The notes: generated from the sequence alone by a model not told the origin. DNA of 45,017 nucleotides from Planctomycetota bacterium (GCA_039190745.1 JBCCXZ010000027.1:1-45017), one strand, 5' to 3'; shown: positions 27,160 through 36,859, numbered from the stretch's first letter. Translations and numbers: made by a program.

Positions 27160-28335
27160 CTAGAAATCGTTGTCGCCAACGATATCCATCGTCCGCTCCT
27201 GGTCGCCACTTGGGCCGCCGAACACGAGATCAGATTTATTCCGATTGGAAGTCATCAGCTGCCCGTAGATGCGGGGCTCGATGTTCTCAGCCACAAAACG
27301 CACGTTGCCGCCGACAAACGCAACGTTCACGCCGCCTGGGTGGTTGCTCGTCGGGAAGTAGTGAGCAAAGTTCCCGAACTGGAGGTCCACGTCAGAAGGC
27401 TGCTCGTAGGAATCCTGTTCTCGATCGCCGTTGATACGAGACAAGCGGAAAACGTCGGTAGCCGAAGGGTTGACGACCTCGTCTGGCTGCTCCCAGCAGA
27501 TGCCGAAGTGATACTTTTGATCAGTAGTACCACTCGAAGTATAGTCTGCATCATTCGGGTACACCCAGGTGGTCAGGTGTAGGTTTTCCGTCAATAGAAT
27601 CGTGGTCGTCGTTCCATCGCCTTTTGCTTGAATATAGCTGTTGGTCACCACAATCTGAGGATTCCCGTTCGTGTCGAAAATGTCCTCCGGCCCGACTAGG
27701 TTATTGGTAAATTGGGTTGGCACGCGGCTACGGTCAAAGAAGACGCCGTTGGCTGGGTTTTCCTTGACCTGATTCGCGTCATTCGCAATCGCCGACAACG
27801 GTGGTACTGCGACACTGTTGACGGTCTGGTGTGTGCGCTGAATCCAGCCCGCATTGGCGCCGTACGAAAGATTGGGCTGACCCGGGATTGCGGGCGGGTC
27901 GCTCGGGCAAACCAGCACTTCAAGCTCGGGTATGTTCGAGTTGTCGATGTTGCCTCCGGCATCGATTCCCAAGAGCGGTGCAGCACCATTGGCCGAATTG
28001 GGTTGGGACCATATGTCCCACAGAGACTGTTGCTCAACGTAAGGGAACGTAAAGACAACCCAACTCGCACGCACTTGATTCGCCGTGCCCTTAACCCCCA
28101 GGTTGTTGATGTAGCCCGGGAACTCGTTGAGCGTCGACTCACGGTTCGCCAGACCCTTCTGGAGCTGGAGCAGGTTGTTCTTGCAGGTGTTGTTGCGGGC
28201 CGCCTCGCGGGCGTTCTGCACCGCCGGCAGCAGCAGGCCTACGAGGGTGCCGATGATGGCGATCACCACTAGCAGCTCCACGAGCGTAAAGCCGCGCTGG
28301 CGAACAAGCGTTTGCCTCGGTTCTGTTGGCTGCAT
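27160..28335 (-). CDS. DUF1559 family prepilin-like protein
   Basis: [34 protein letters not shown] prepilin N-terminus, CKNNL, LVCPSD and a C-terminal [17 protein letters not shown]. Confidence 0.92.
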   Translation of the reverse strand: MQPTEPRQTLVRQRGFTLVELLVVIAIIGTLVGLLLPAVQNAREAARNNTCKNNLLQLQKGLANRESTLNEFPGYINNLGVKGTANQVRASWVVFTFPYVEQQSLWDIWSQPNSANGAAPLLGIDAGGNIDNSNIPELEVLVCPSDPPAIPGQPNLSYGANAGWIQRTHQTVNSVAVPPLSAIANDANQVKENPANGVFFDRSRVPTQFTNNLVGPEDIFDTNGNPQIVVTNSYIQAKGDGTTTTILLTENLHLTTWVYPNDADYTSSGTTDQKYHFGICWEQPDEVVNPSATDVFRLSRINGDREQDSYEQPSDVDLQFGNFAHYFPTSNHPGGVNVAFVGGNVRFVAENIEPRIYGQLMTSNRNKSDLVFGGPSGDQERTMDIVGDNDF

Positions 28336-28590
28336 CTTCTCTTTCTCCGGTAGTAGACCGCGAACGGACGCCACAAAGGGCCGCCGCGTGGATTAGTTGC
28401 CGCAAGCACTCTGGATGCCTCTACCCCATCGTGCCTAGGGCCGCCCCTGCCGGGCCGATTCCTTGAATCGGTTCGGACGGATAAATTCGGGATGAAAACG
28501 TCTGGTCTGTCCCGCACTCCCGGCAAGCCTTCTAATTGTGGCAAAAACAGGCCCCTAAGTCCAGGAAACCGGGTCTGGCGGCATTGTTTT

Positions 28591-28810
28591 GAAGGAGATA
28601 GGGGAGACTTTGGGGATGAAACGGGGATGGAGCGCAAAGCATTACTTGGGCACCGTTTGAAATGCGGAACTCGGTCTCCGGCAACCTCCGAACCTGCAAA
28701 AAGTGGGGCTAGGCAAGAGCCGTTTCCGAACGGAACCCTCCATCGCAGATTCGTCTCTTGCCGAATCCCCTAGGCTGTCTGCCTCCATCCCCGGCATCCC
28801 CCCATCCCGC
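28591..28810. repeat. Degenerate palindromic intergenic element (GGGGAT outer arms)
   Basis: Left GAAGGAGATAGGGGAGACTTTGGGGATGAAACGGGGATGGAG versus right CTCCATCCCCGGCATCCCCCCATCCC. It resembles the arms of the 44666-44857 element. Confidence 0.6.
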
Positions 28811-28990
28811 CCGGTTGTCTGAGCGGCTTTGCCGGTGGTAAGCTCTGCTGCTTCGCAAGAGAATTTGGCCGCGCAGGCGTCTGCAACGGCCCGCCCCGGA
28901 CGCACCGCCACGGCAGCCAACCGGCCCGTGGTTCTGGGGGAACCTACGCGAGTCTCCCCGCTGCGGAGACCCATTCGGAGAATTGGTTGA

Positions 28991-29488
28991 ATGTCGATGT
29001 TCATCGGAGAAGCGCTCGCCGGCGACGGCAACGAGATCGCCCATATTGACCTGCTGCTCGGCTCGAAAGACGGCCCCGTCGGGACCGCCTTCGCCAACGC
29101 CCTCGCCACGCAGAGCGAAGGCCACAACAACCTGCTCGCGGTCCTCACGCCCAACCTGGCCGTGAAGCCCTCCACCGTGATGATCACCAAAGTGACCATC
29201 CAGGGCATGCGTCAGGCGGTGCAGATGTTCGGCCCGGCCCAGGCCGCGGTCGCCAAGGCGATCGCCGACTCGGTCGCCGACGGCGTGATCGCCAAGGACG
29301 CGGCCGAAGACCTCGTCTGCGTCTGCGGCGTGTTCATCCACCCCGAGGCGGCCGACGACAAGAAGATCTACGACTACAACTACGAGGCCACGAAGATGGC
29401 CGTGAAGAACGCGATGGAAGGCAAGCCGACCGTCGACGAGATGCTCGCCGGCAAGGAAGAAGCCGCCCACCCGTTCCGCGGCTTCTGA
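28991..29488 (+). CDS. fae: Formaldehyde-activating enzyme (5,6,7,8-H4MPT hydro-lyase)
   Basis: IGEALAGDGNEIAHIDLLLG, VKPSTVMITKVTI, QMFGPAQAAVAKA, VFIHP, YNYEATKMA and HPFRGF. Confidence 0.95.
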   Translation: MSMFIGEALAGDGNEIAHIDLLLGSKDGPVGTAFANALATQSEGHNNLLAVLTPNLAVKPSTVMITKVTIQGMRQAVQMFGPAQAAVAKAIADSVADGVIAKDAAEDLVCVCGVFIHPEAADDKKIYDYNYEATKMAVKNAMEGKPTVDEMLAGKEEAAHPFRGF

Positions 29489-29514
29489 TGGCGGGCCCGT
29501 CTGATGGCGAGCCG

Positions 29515-30372
29515 ATGCGAAAAATCCTGCTCTGCCTCGACAGCGACCCGCAGCCGAGCGTGTTCGACGGCGTGGTCGCGGTCGACGCGGGGGCGGACCA
29601 CCTGTTCCGCCACGGCGGAGTTCAGCCGGCGGACGTGCAAGCGCTCGTCCACGGCGCCATGTTCACGCGCGGCGGCGACGACCTGAAGCACACGGCCGTG
29701 TTCGTGGGCGGCTCGGACATCGCCGCCGGCGAGCGTCTGCTCGAGGCGGTGACGAAGAGCTTCTTCGGCCCGGTTCGCGTTTCGGCGATGCTCGACAGCA
29801 ACGGCTCGAACACCACCGCGGCCGCGGCGGTGGTCGCGGCGGGGCGTCACCTCGATCTGGGCTCAAGCACGACCGCGGTCGTGCTGGGCACCGGTGCTGT
29901 TGGGCTGCGCGCTGCGCTGATGCTCGCTGCCGAAGGGGTCCGCGTCCGGCTCGCTTCCCGCACGCAGGAACGCGCGGCCGCGGCGTGCGCGACCCTCGCG
30001 GACAAAGGCCTCGCGGGAGCCGTCGAGCCGTTTTCCTCCTCCGCCGATGCGCTGGCAGCGACACTCGGAGGGGCCCAGGCGCTCATCTCCGCCGGCCCTG
30101 CGGGCGTGACAATGGTGGACGAAGCAACCCGGTCCGCCGCGGGTTCGCTGCGGGTGGCGATCGACCTGAACGCCGTCCCCCCGCTCGGCCTTGCCGGGAT
30201 CGAAGTCACCGACAAGGCCGCCGAACGCAACGGCCAGACCTGCTACGGCGCCCTCGGCGTCGGCGGGCTCAAGATGAAGATCCACAAGGCGGCCCTGCAA
30301 AGCCTCTTCGAGCGCAACGACGCCCTACTCGACGCCGCGGAGATCTACGCCGTGGGCAAGTCGCTTGGGTGA
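29515..30372 (+). CDS. mtdC: NAD(P)-dependent methylene-H4MPT dehydrogenase (MtdA/MtdC type)
   Basis: DSDPQPSVFDGVVAVDAG, VHGAMFTRG, DSNGSNTTAAAAV, DLNAVPPLG and GALGVGGLKMKIH. Directly after fae. The subtype is assigned from the inferred planctomycete lineage. Confidence 0.85.
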   Translation: MRKILLCLDSDPQPSVFDGVVAVDAGADHLFRHGGVQPADVQALVHGAMFTRGGDDLKHTAVFVGGSDIAAGERLLEAVTKSFFGPVRVSAMLDSNGSNTTAAAAVVAAGRHLDLGSSTTAVVLGTGAVGLRAALMLAAEGVRVRLASRTQERAAAACATLADKGLAGAVEPFSSSADALAATLGGAQALISAGPAGVTMVDEATRSAAGSLRVAIDLNAVPPLGLAGIEVTDKAAERNGQTCYGALGVGGLKMKIHKAALQSLFERNDALLDAAEIYAVGKSLG

Positions 30373-30379
30373 TTTGATT

Positions 30380-30544
30380 GAACCACGAAAGAAGCGAAAG
30401 ACACGAAAAAGAAGAAGTGAGAAGGGGCTCAAAGAACACTAATCAACGCTAATCGACACTAATCCGGATTAGCGCTGATTAGCGTCGATTAGTGTTCCTA
30501 TTCCTCCTTTCTTGTTTTCGTCCATTTCGCGTCTTTCGTGGTTC
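30380..30544. repeat. Nested palindromic intergenic element, copy 3 (CGAAA outer arms + CTAAT core)
   Basis: Arms GAACCACGAAAGAAGCGAAAGACACGAAAA ... TTTTCGTCCATTTCGCGTCTTTCGTGGTTC. Core at 30434-30497: GAACACTAAT CAACGCTAAT CGACACTAAT CCGG ATTAGCGCTG ATTAGCGTCG ATTAGTGTTC. Confidence 0.92.
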
Positions 30545-30576
30545 CCACCCCGCCTCAACCCAGTCTTCAGGTAGCA

Positions 30577-31161
30577 GTGGCCAAGCGTGCTCGCAAGAAA
30601 CCGCCGCGTTCTTCGGGGCCGCGTCGGCCTCCCGCCGGAGGGGTTGGCGTGCAGCGCTCCGCCAGCGGCGACGGCTGGGTGCTCACGCACCCGCGTTGCG
30701 CACGCGACAGGGCGGAGGACCTGGAAGAGGTGCGCCTGATGATCGAAGCCGGCGAGGGCGACGTCGCGGTCGACGAGCTCCGCTGGCTGGTCGGCGGCTG
30801 CAGCGAGATGATCGAGGCCCACTTTCTGCTTGGCAAGCTCGCCGTCGAGCTGGACGGCGACCCCTCGCTCGCCCGCGGGCATTTTGGCTTCGGCCACCAG
30901 ATGGGGGCCAAGGCGTTCCGCCGCGCCCGCTGCCCGGGGCCGCTCTCCGCAATGCACCCGGCGAACCGCTCGTTCTACGATTGCGGTCGCGGGCTCGCAT
31001 GGAAGCTGCGCGAGCTCGGCAAAACGCCCATGGCCATCGAGGTGGTCGAGGCGCTGATCGCGATGGACCCGGCCGACCCGCTCAACCTTTCGGCGTGGTT
31101 GGATGAACTGCGGACCGACGGCAAGACCGTCGTCGGCATCGACGACCTGCTCGGGCGGTAG
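30577..31161 (+). CDS. Hypothetical helical/TPR-like protein
   Basis: Coding-like frame with EAHFLLGKLA and HPANRSFYDCGRGLAW. GTG start at 30577 inferred. Confidence 0.7.
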   Translation: MAKRARKKPPRSSGPRRPPAGGVGVQRSASGDGWVLTHPRCARDRAEDLEEVRLMIEAGEGDVAVDELRWLVGGCSEMIEAHFLLGKLAVELDGDPSLARGHFGFGHQMGAKAFRRARCPGPLSAMHPANRSFYDCGRGLAWKLRELGKTPMAIEVVEALIAMDPADPLNLSAWLDELRTDGKTVVGIDDLLGR

Positions 31162-31171
31162 CCAAGCAAGC

Positions 31172-32299
31172 CTAGGGCAGCGGGATGTTCCGCAGCTCGA
31201 ATTCCACCGGCACGAGCCCCACGTTCGTCGGACTCCGGTAGACCCAGTCGTACTCGCTCAGCTCGCCGGGGGCGTCGAAGAAGTACGCCAGCCCGAGCTC
31301 GTTCTCGCTCTGCATGGTCGTCTCGAGCCCCGCGTGGTCGATCTTCTCGCCGTCGGCGGTTTCTAAGTAAGTCAGGTTCTGGAACAGCCAGCTCGTCGCC
31401 GAGAGCAGCCGGCTGTCGTCGCTCAGGATGGTCACCCGCATCCGCAGCTCCCACAGCTCCTGGTTTCGGCGGACGCCCTCCAGGGCGACCCGGATCCCGC
31501 CCGTGGTCTGCGTGTTCGTATCGTCGTCTTCCGACTCGAGGTCTTGGAACCGGAACTCCGTCACCTCCTCGGGCACCAGCGCCACCATCTGGCCCTCCAG
31601 CGAGGCGATCATCGAGATGTCACGCCGCGGCAACTCCAGCGGCACGGTCAGCTCCGCGGCGTAGCTGCCGGGCTGGACCTCGACGTCGAGCGACTCGACC
31701 ATCGTGCTCGGTCGGACCCAGCTCGAGTCGTCTGCGAGCACCGTCAGCGCCGCCAACGGCTGCGACAACGCGAGCGGCTTCACCTTCGGCTCCCACGAAA
31801 TTTCCAACTCGAGCTGCAGGCTGCCCGGTTTGAGCGAACGCAGGTCGGAGTGCGCGTAGATGTTCGTCACGTCCAACCGGAAGGGCCCCGAGTACACGGC
31901 CCGGCCCTTCCGAAGCCCGAGGTCGGCCTCGCGCCGCACGACCGCCATCGCACCCTCACCCGAGTACGGGTAGAGGTCCAGCCCCGTGTTGTCGAGCATC
32001 GCGTCGACCACGGGCCAGAACTCTTTCTCGGTGTGGTCGAACACGACCCGCACCTCGTCGGTGTCCTGGTTGAACTGTTGCCGGAAGTCAACGAGCCGGT
32101 TGCCGGTTTGCTTCTCAATGCTCGCGAGCACATCGGGCAGAAGAGCCTCGCCGGAGAGGTCGAGCTCGCTCGCCTCCAGGGCGCGGACCAGCTGCGGATC
32201 GCGGAGCTGGGCGGCCGTTGGGGCACCCAGAAACGCGGCGAGTAACAGGGCCCCAGTCGTAGGTGCAAGCAATCGTGGCCTGGCGTGCGGGGCGTTCAC
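31172..32299 (-). CDS. Hypothetical exported protein
   Basis: Signal-peptide-like GALLLAAFLGAPTAAQ, then a beta-rich body ending FELRNIPLP. Start uncertain (32299 or 32359). Confidence 0.72.
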   Translation of the reverse strand: MNAPHARPRLLAPTTGALLLAAFLGAPTAAQLRDPQLVRALEASELDLSGEALLPDVLASIEKQTGNRLVDFRQQFNQDTDEVRVVFDHTEKEFWPVVDAMLDNTGLDLYPYSGEGAMAVVRREADLGLRKGRAVYSGPFRLDVTNIYAHSDLRSLKPGSLQLELEISWEPKVKPLALSQPLAALTVLADDSSWVRPSTMVESLDVEVQPGSYAAELTVPLELPRRDISMIASLEGQMVALVPEEVTEFRFQDLESEDDDTNTQTTGGIRVALEGVRRNQELWELRMRVTILSDDSRLLSATSWLFQNLTYLETADGEKIDHAGLETTMQSENELGLAYFFDAPGELSEYDWVYRSPTNVGLVPVEFELRNIPLP

Positions 32300-32500
32300 G
32301 TTGTGCGGTCTCCGCGAGTCGGCGGGCGGGTAAAGTTCGCATGCATTGTAACCGTCCACCGCGGGCGGGCGACCTTGTGAGCTAGGCTTCCGTAGGCGCC
32401 CCGCGCGGCGTCGGCGCCTGCGGTCCAGCCTCTTGTTCCGTGAACCGCGGCCGGGCTGGCTACGAAGAGTTTCATTCCATAATCAGCGAGCAATAAACGC

Positions 32501-33595
32501 ATGCACCCGAGATCCCAAATCGCGGCTCGCCCGCTGTTGGTTTTTTCGGCTTGGGTTTTGCTGACCCTGCCCGCGCTGGCCGGCGGGCCGGCCAAGTTCA
32601 TGATGACCGCCACCGTTGGCGGAAAGCAGGTCGAGGGCCAGCCCCTCTCCTGGAGCAGCAGCGAGATGCTGCTCTACGGCCGCGACGGGGCCCTGCATGA
32701 GTTCAACACCAGGAGCGCCGAAGGGGCCAAAAAGTCAGCTCCCAGGTTCCGTGCGTACTCCAGCAGCGAGCTCCGCGACCGGCTCCAGGAAGAGTTCGGC
32801 CGTGGCTGGGCCGTCACCGTGTCGAGACACTTCGTCGTGGTCCACCCCCGCGGTCGGTGGGTCGAGTGGGCCCAGCGGCTGGAGAAGCTCTATCAGTCAT
32901 TCCACAGCTACATGCGGGTGCGTGGCATCCGCGTCGAGCGGCCCCGGGTGCCGTTGATCGCCGTCGTCTTCCGCAACAAGGGCGACTACCACCGCTACTC
33001 CGCCAAGAGCGGCACGCCGCTGCACCCCAACACCCTGGGGCACTACGATTCCGAATCGAACCGCATCTTCCTGTTCGACGCCAGCGGCAAGGCGGACGCC
33101 TCGTGGTCGGTCAACGCCGAGACCATCATCCACGAGGCCACGCACCAGACCGCGTACAACGTCGGCGTGCACCGCCGGTTCGCCGAGCAGCCGCGCTGGC
33201 TGGTGGAGGGCTTGGCGATGATGTTCGAAGTCCGCGGCGTCTGGAACGCCCGAAGCTCCGACACCCAGGCCGACCGGATCAACGACTACCGGCTCCGCGA
33301 CTTCCGCGCCGCCAAAGACCGCATGGGCGGCAAGGGCCTCGCCGGGTTGGTGGCTTCGGACAACCTATTCCGCTCCGACCCGTTGGGGGCCTACGCCAAC
33401 GCTTGGGCACTGAGCTTCTACCTCACCGAAACCCGCCCCCGCGAGTACGACCGCTACCTGCAGAAAGTCGCCGCCCGCGAACCCTTCACCCGCTACCCCG
33501 GGCGAAAGCGGGTCTCCGACTTCGTGAGCGTCTTCGGCTCCGACTTCGAACTGCTCGCCGCGCAGATGGAACGCTTCTTTGAGGAGCTGCAATAA
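32501..33595 (+). CDS. DUF1570 domain protein (zincin-like HExxH)
   Basis: Signal peptide, GHYDSESNRI, TIIHEATHQTAYNVGVH, PRWLVEGLAMMFE and YANAWALSFYL. Confidence 0.85.
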   Translation: MHPRSQIAARPLLVFSAWVLLTLPALAGGPAKFMMTATVGGKQVEGQPLSWSSSEMLLYGRDGALHEFNTRSAEGAKKSAPRFRAYSSSELRDRLQEEFGRGWAVTVSRHFVVVHPRGRWVEWAQRLEKLYQSFHSYMRVRGIRVERPRVPLIAVVFRNKGDYHRYSAKSGTPLHPNTLGHYDSESNRIFLFDASGKADASWSVNAETIIHEATHQTAYNVGVHRRFAEQPRWLVEGLAMMFEVRGVWNARSSDTQADRINDYRLRDFRAAKDRMGGKGLAGLVASDNLFRSDPLGAYANAWALSFYLTETRPREYDRYLQKVAAREPFTRYPGRKRVSDFVSVFGSDFELLAAQMERFFEELQ

Positions 33596-33603
33596 GGAGA
33601 GGG

Positions 33604-33758
33604 GACCACGAAAGGAACGAAATAGACGAAAGAAAAGACGGTTGCGAAGTCACAAAGAGCTGCCGATCCGCACTAAGCTCGATGTGCGTCTATCGGCACG
33701 AATTAGTGTTCCTGCTCTGCCTTCAGTGTTTTCGCGTCTTTCGTCCTTTTCGTGGTTC
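33604..33758. repeat. Nested palindromic intergenic element, copy 4 (CGAAA outer arms, degenerate core)
   Basis: Arms GACCACGAAAGGAACGAAATAGACGAAAG ... TTTTCGCGTCTTTCGTCCTTTTCGTGGTTC. The interior retains CACTAA and ATTAGTGTTC plus a TGCCGAT...ATCGGCA pair. Confidence 0.85.
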
Positions 33759-33766
33759 TTGATCAA

Positions 33767-34609
33767 TTAAACGGGCGCAGGCAGGTCGCGGCGGCAGAAC
33801 ATTGCCGCGGCGACCATCCAGCACGCGACGCCGATGCCCAGCAGCAACGCGTTGTACTCCCACGAGAGCGTCTGGTAGACCTCCGGCTCGCGGGCCAGGC
33901 CGACCGAGATCTTCGTCGGCTCGTAGGCGGTGAGGAAGGTTAGGTTCTTCAGCCAGGCCACTTTCGGCCCCACCATGCTGAGCACCTTGCACGTGATCTG
34001 TGCGAAGTAGAAGCCCACGACGAGCCCCACCGCCTGGCCGCGCGAGGAGCCGGCCGCCGAAGCGAGCGTCGAGACGCCGATCAGGATCGCCGCGAGCGCG
34101 AACAGGTTGACCGAAGCCGGCACGTACGCCGACGCGGCCGTGGGCTCGTCGAACTCGAACATCGCGATGCCCGCAGCAGTGCCCAACCAGGCCGCTCCGG
34201 CGATCACCGCCGCCCCGAACACGGTGACCGCGGTGTGCGTGGTGACCAGCGTCAGCCGGCTGATCGGCTGCGAGAGCATCATCTCCATGGTCCCCCGGCC
34301 CAGTCGGCCGGCGATGCAGTCGGTCCCCCGGGCGATCGCCCACAACGCCGCGAGCCCTACGGCCGGCGCCTCTTCGTAGCCGTAGGCGACACGCCCCTCG
34401 ATCGAGGCAAGCGTCTCCAGCGGCACCGGCATCAATTGCTCGATAAACTTCGGCATTGCCCCCGAGGCAAACATCTTCAGCACCGCCCCGAAGTCGATCT
34501 GCGAGACGATCCACAGCCGGAACCAGATCAGGAACGCGACCAACGCCGAGCAGCTCACCAGCATGGCAAGCCCGTCGCGGAAAGAGCGGATGCAGAGTGC
34601 GCGGATCAT
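33767..34609 (-). CDS. ABC-2 type transporter permease
   Basis: About 6 TM helices and IAGRLGRGTMEMMLSQPISR. The ATG overlaps the ATPase stop (ATGA). Confidence 0.85.
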   Translation of the reverse strand: MIRALCIRSFRDGLAMLVSCSALVAFLIWFRLWIVSQIDFGAVLKMFASGAMPKFIEQLMPVPLETLASIEGRVAYGYEEAPAVGLAALWAIARGTDCIAGRLGRGTMEMMLSQPISRLTLVTTHTAVTVFGAAVIAGAAWLGTAAGIAMFEFDEPTAASAYVPASVNLFALAAILIGVSTLASAAGSSRGQAVGLVVGFYFAQITCKVLSMVGPKVAWLKNLTFLTAYEPTKISVGLAREPEVYQTLSWEYNALLLGIGVACWMVAAAMFCRRDLPAPV

Positions 34610-35496
34610 GCCCGGTCCAGGTAGTGGTGGCGCTGGTACACGGCCTTCAGGCCGACCGGCTCGATGCGGAGCTCGCTGAACGGCTGCTGGGCGAGCCAGC
34701 CCAGGATCGGCTCCAGCGGGCCGTCTGCCGTGAGTGCGATCTCGCCCTCGGGCGTGCCGTGCACCTCGACGCTCTTGGGCGGGTCGGGCCGCCAACCCGG
34801 CGGGGCCGACTCGAGCCGGGCCGTGATGCGGTGCTGCCGGTGCACGTCACCCATGGCGATCGTCTCGACCAGTTCGCCCGCCTTGAGGATCACCACCCGG
34901 TCGGAGACCTCCTCTACTTCCGACAACACGTGCGAGGAGAAGAGCACCGTTTTGCCGCTTTCGCGGACTTCACGAATCACCGCCAACACCTGCGCCCGGG
35001 CGGTGGGGTCGAGGTTCGAGGTCGGCTCGTCCAGAACCACCAGGGGGACGTCGGCCGAAAGAGCGATCGACAGCGCCAGCTTCTGCCGCATCCCGGTCGA
35101 CATGTGCGTAACCCGCCGGCCGAGGTCGAGCCCCAGCCGCTCGGCGGTGCTCACTTCGTCGATGGTGTTGTCGCTGCCGCGCAGCCGGCCGAAGAACCTC
35201 AAGGTCTGCAGCCCTGTGAGGTCGCGGGCCAGCCGGGGGTCGCCCGGCAGGTAGGTCAACCGGCGGTGCACCTCGACCGACTGACGGTAGCAGTCGAGCC
35301 CGTCGATCGAGGCGGAGCCCGAGGTGGGTTTGAGGAAACCCAGCAGCAGGCGAATAAGCGTCGTCTTGCCCGCCCCGTTGGGGCCCAAGAGGCCCAGCAC
35401 TTCGCCGCGTTCAACGCCGAAGCTGCAGCCCTTCAGCGCGTGCATCGAGTGGTACCGCTTGCTCAGCGAATCGACCCGGATGAAATCCACGCCCAA
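34606..35496 (-). CDS. ABC transporter ATP-binding protein
   Basis: Walker A GPNGAGKTT, signature MSTGMRQK, Walker B VVLDEPT and FSSH. Confidence 0.92.
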   Translation of the reverse strand: MGVDFIRVDSLSKRYHSMHALKGCSFGVERGEVLGLLGPNGAGKTTLIRLLLGFLKPTSGSASIDGLDCYRQSVEVHRRLTYLPGDPRLARDLTGLQTLRFFGRLRGSDNTIDEVSTAERLGLDLGRRVTHMSTGMRQKLALSIALSADVPLVVLDEPTSNLDPTARAQVLAVIREVRESGKTVLFSSHVLSEVEEVSDRVVILKAGELVETIAMGDVHRQHRITARLESAPPGWRPDPPKSVEVHGTPEGEIALTADGPLEPILGWLAQQPFSELRIEPVGLKAVYQRHHYLDRA

Positions 35497-35572
35497 GGCC
35501 TCCCGTGCCGACCCGAGACGTGCGCAACCGGGGCGGCGATGGTTCCTAATCGGTCAGGGTTCCGACGCGGTG

Positions 35573-36859
35573 CTACCGCTTCTCGATCGGCAGAAAATCC
35601 CGCTCGGTGGGCCCGTTGTAGATCTGCCGCGGCCGGCAGATCCGCTTCGCCGGGTTCTCGTGCATCTCCCGCCAGTGGGCGATCCACCCCGGCAGCCGGC
35701 CCATCGCAAACAGAACCGTAAACATCGGCACCGGTATACCGATCGCCCGATAAATTACGCCGGAATAGAAGTCGACGTTCGGGTAGAGCTTCCGTTCGAT
35801 GAAGTACTCGTCCTTCAACGCCACCTGCTCCAGCTGCTGGGCGATCTCGAAGATGGGGTCGTCGATCCCGCGTTTCTTCAGCAGCTTCTCGCAGGAAGCC
35901 ATGATGATCTTCGCCCGCGGGTCGAAGTTCTTGTAAACGCGGTGGCCGAAGCCCATCAGGCGGAAGCTGCTGTCCTTGTCCTTGGCCATCTCGACGTACT
36001 TGGCGACGTTCCCCCCGTCGGCCAGGATTGTCTCGAGCATCGCGACGCAGGCCTCGTTGGCGCCGCCGTGCAGCGGGCCCCACAGGGCGCTGATGCCCGC
36101 CGAGATCGACGCGAACAGGTTGGCGTTCGACGAACCCACCATCCGCACCGTCGAGGTGCTGCAGTTCTGCTCGTGGTCGGCGTGCACGATCAGCAGCAGG
36201 TTGAGCGCCTCGACGAAGTCGGGGTCGGCCTCGTACGGCTCGCTCGGCACCGAGAACATCATCCGCAGGAAGTTCTCGCAGTACGAGAGGTCGTTCTTCG
36301 GGTAGACGAATGGCTGCCCGACCGACTTCTTGTAGGCGAACGCCGCGATCGTCGGCAGCTTGGCCAGCAGCCGCACGATCGACACGTCGACCTGGGCGTT
36401 GTCGTGCGGGTCGAGCGCGTCCTGGTAGAACGTGCTCATGGCACCGCACACCGAGCTGAGGATCGCCATCGGGTGCGCGTCGCGGGGGAAGCCGTCGTAG
36501 AACAGCCGCATGTCTTCGTGCAGCAGCGTGTGCCGCCGGAGGGTCACGCGGAACGTGTGCAGCTGTTCGGCGGTCGGCAGCTCGCCGTAGATCAGAAGGT
36601 AGGCGACCTCGACGAAGTCGCACTTCTGGGCCAGCTGTTCGATGGGGTACCCCCGGTAGCGGAGCACCCCCTGCTCGCCGTTGAGGAACGTGATGCCGCT
36701 GCAGGTCGAGCCGGTGTTGACGTACCCCTCGTCGAGCGTGATCAGGCCGGTGGAGGCGCGGAGCTTGGAGATGTCCAGCCCCGTCTCCCCTTCCGAGCCG
36801 GTGACGACGGGGAGGTCTAACTGCTGCTCGCCGTGGGTGAGCTTGGCGGCCTCGGCCAT
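35573..36859 (-). CDS. gltA: Citrate synthase (type II)
   Basis: LRYRGYPIEQL, HADHEQNCST, GPLHGGANE, LMGFGHRVYK and YPNVDFYSG. Start reassigned to MAEAAKL. Confidence 0.95.
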   Translation of the reverse strand: MAEAAKLTHGEQQLDLPVVTGSEGETGLDISKLRASTGLITLDEGYVNTGSTCSGITFLNGEQGVLRYRGYPIEQLAQKCDFVEVAYLLIYGELPTAEQLHTFRVTLRRHTLLHEDMRLFYDGFPRDAHPMAILSSVCGAMSTFYQDALDPHDNAQVDVSIVRLLAKLPTIAAFAYKKSVGQPFVYPKNDLSYCENFLRMMFSVPSEPYEADPDFVEALNLLLIVHADHEQNCSTSTVRMVGSSNANLFASISAGISALWGPLHGGANEACVAMLETILADGGNVAKYVEMAKDKDSSFRLMGFGHRVYKNFDPRAKIIMASCEKLLKKRGIDDPIFEIAQQLEQVALKDEYFIERKLYPNVDFYSGVIYRAIGIPVPMFTVLFAMGRLPGWIAHWREMHENPAKRICRPRQIYNGPTERDFLPIEKR

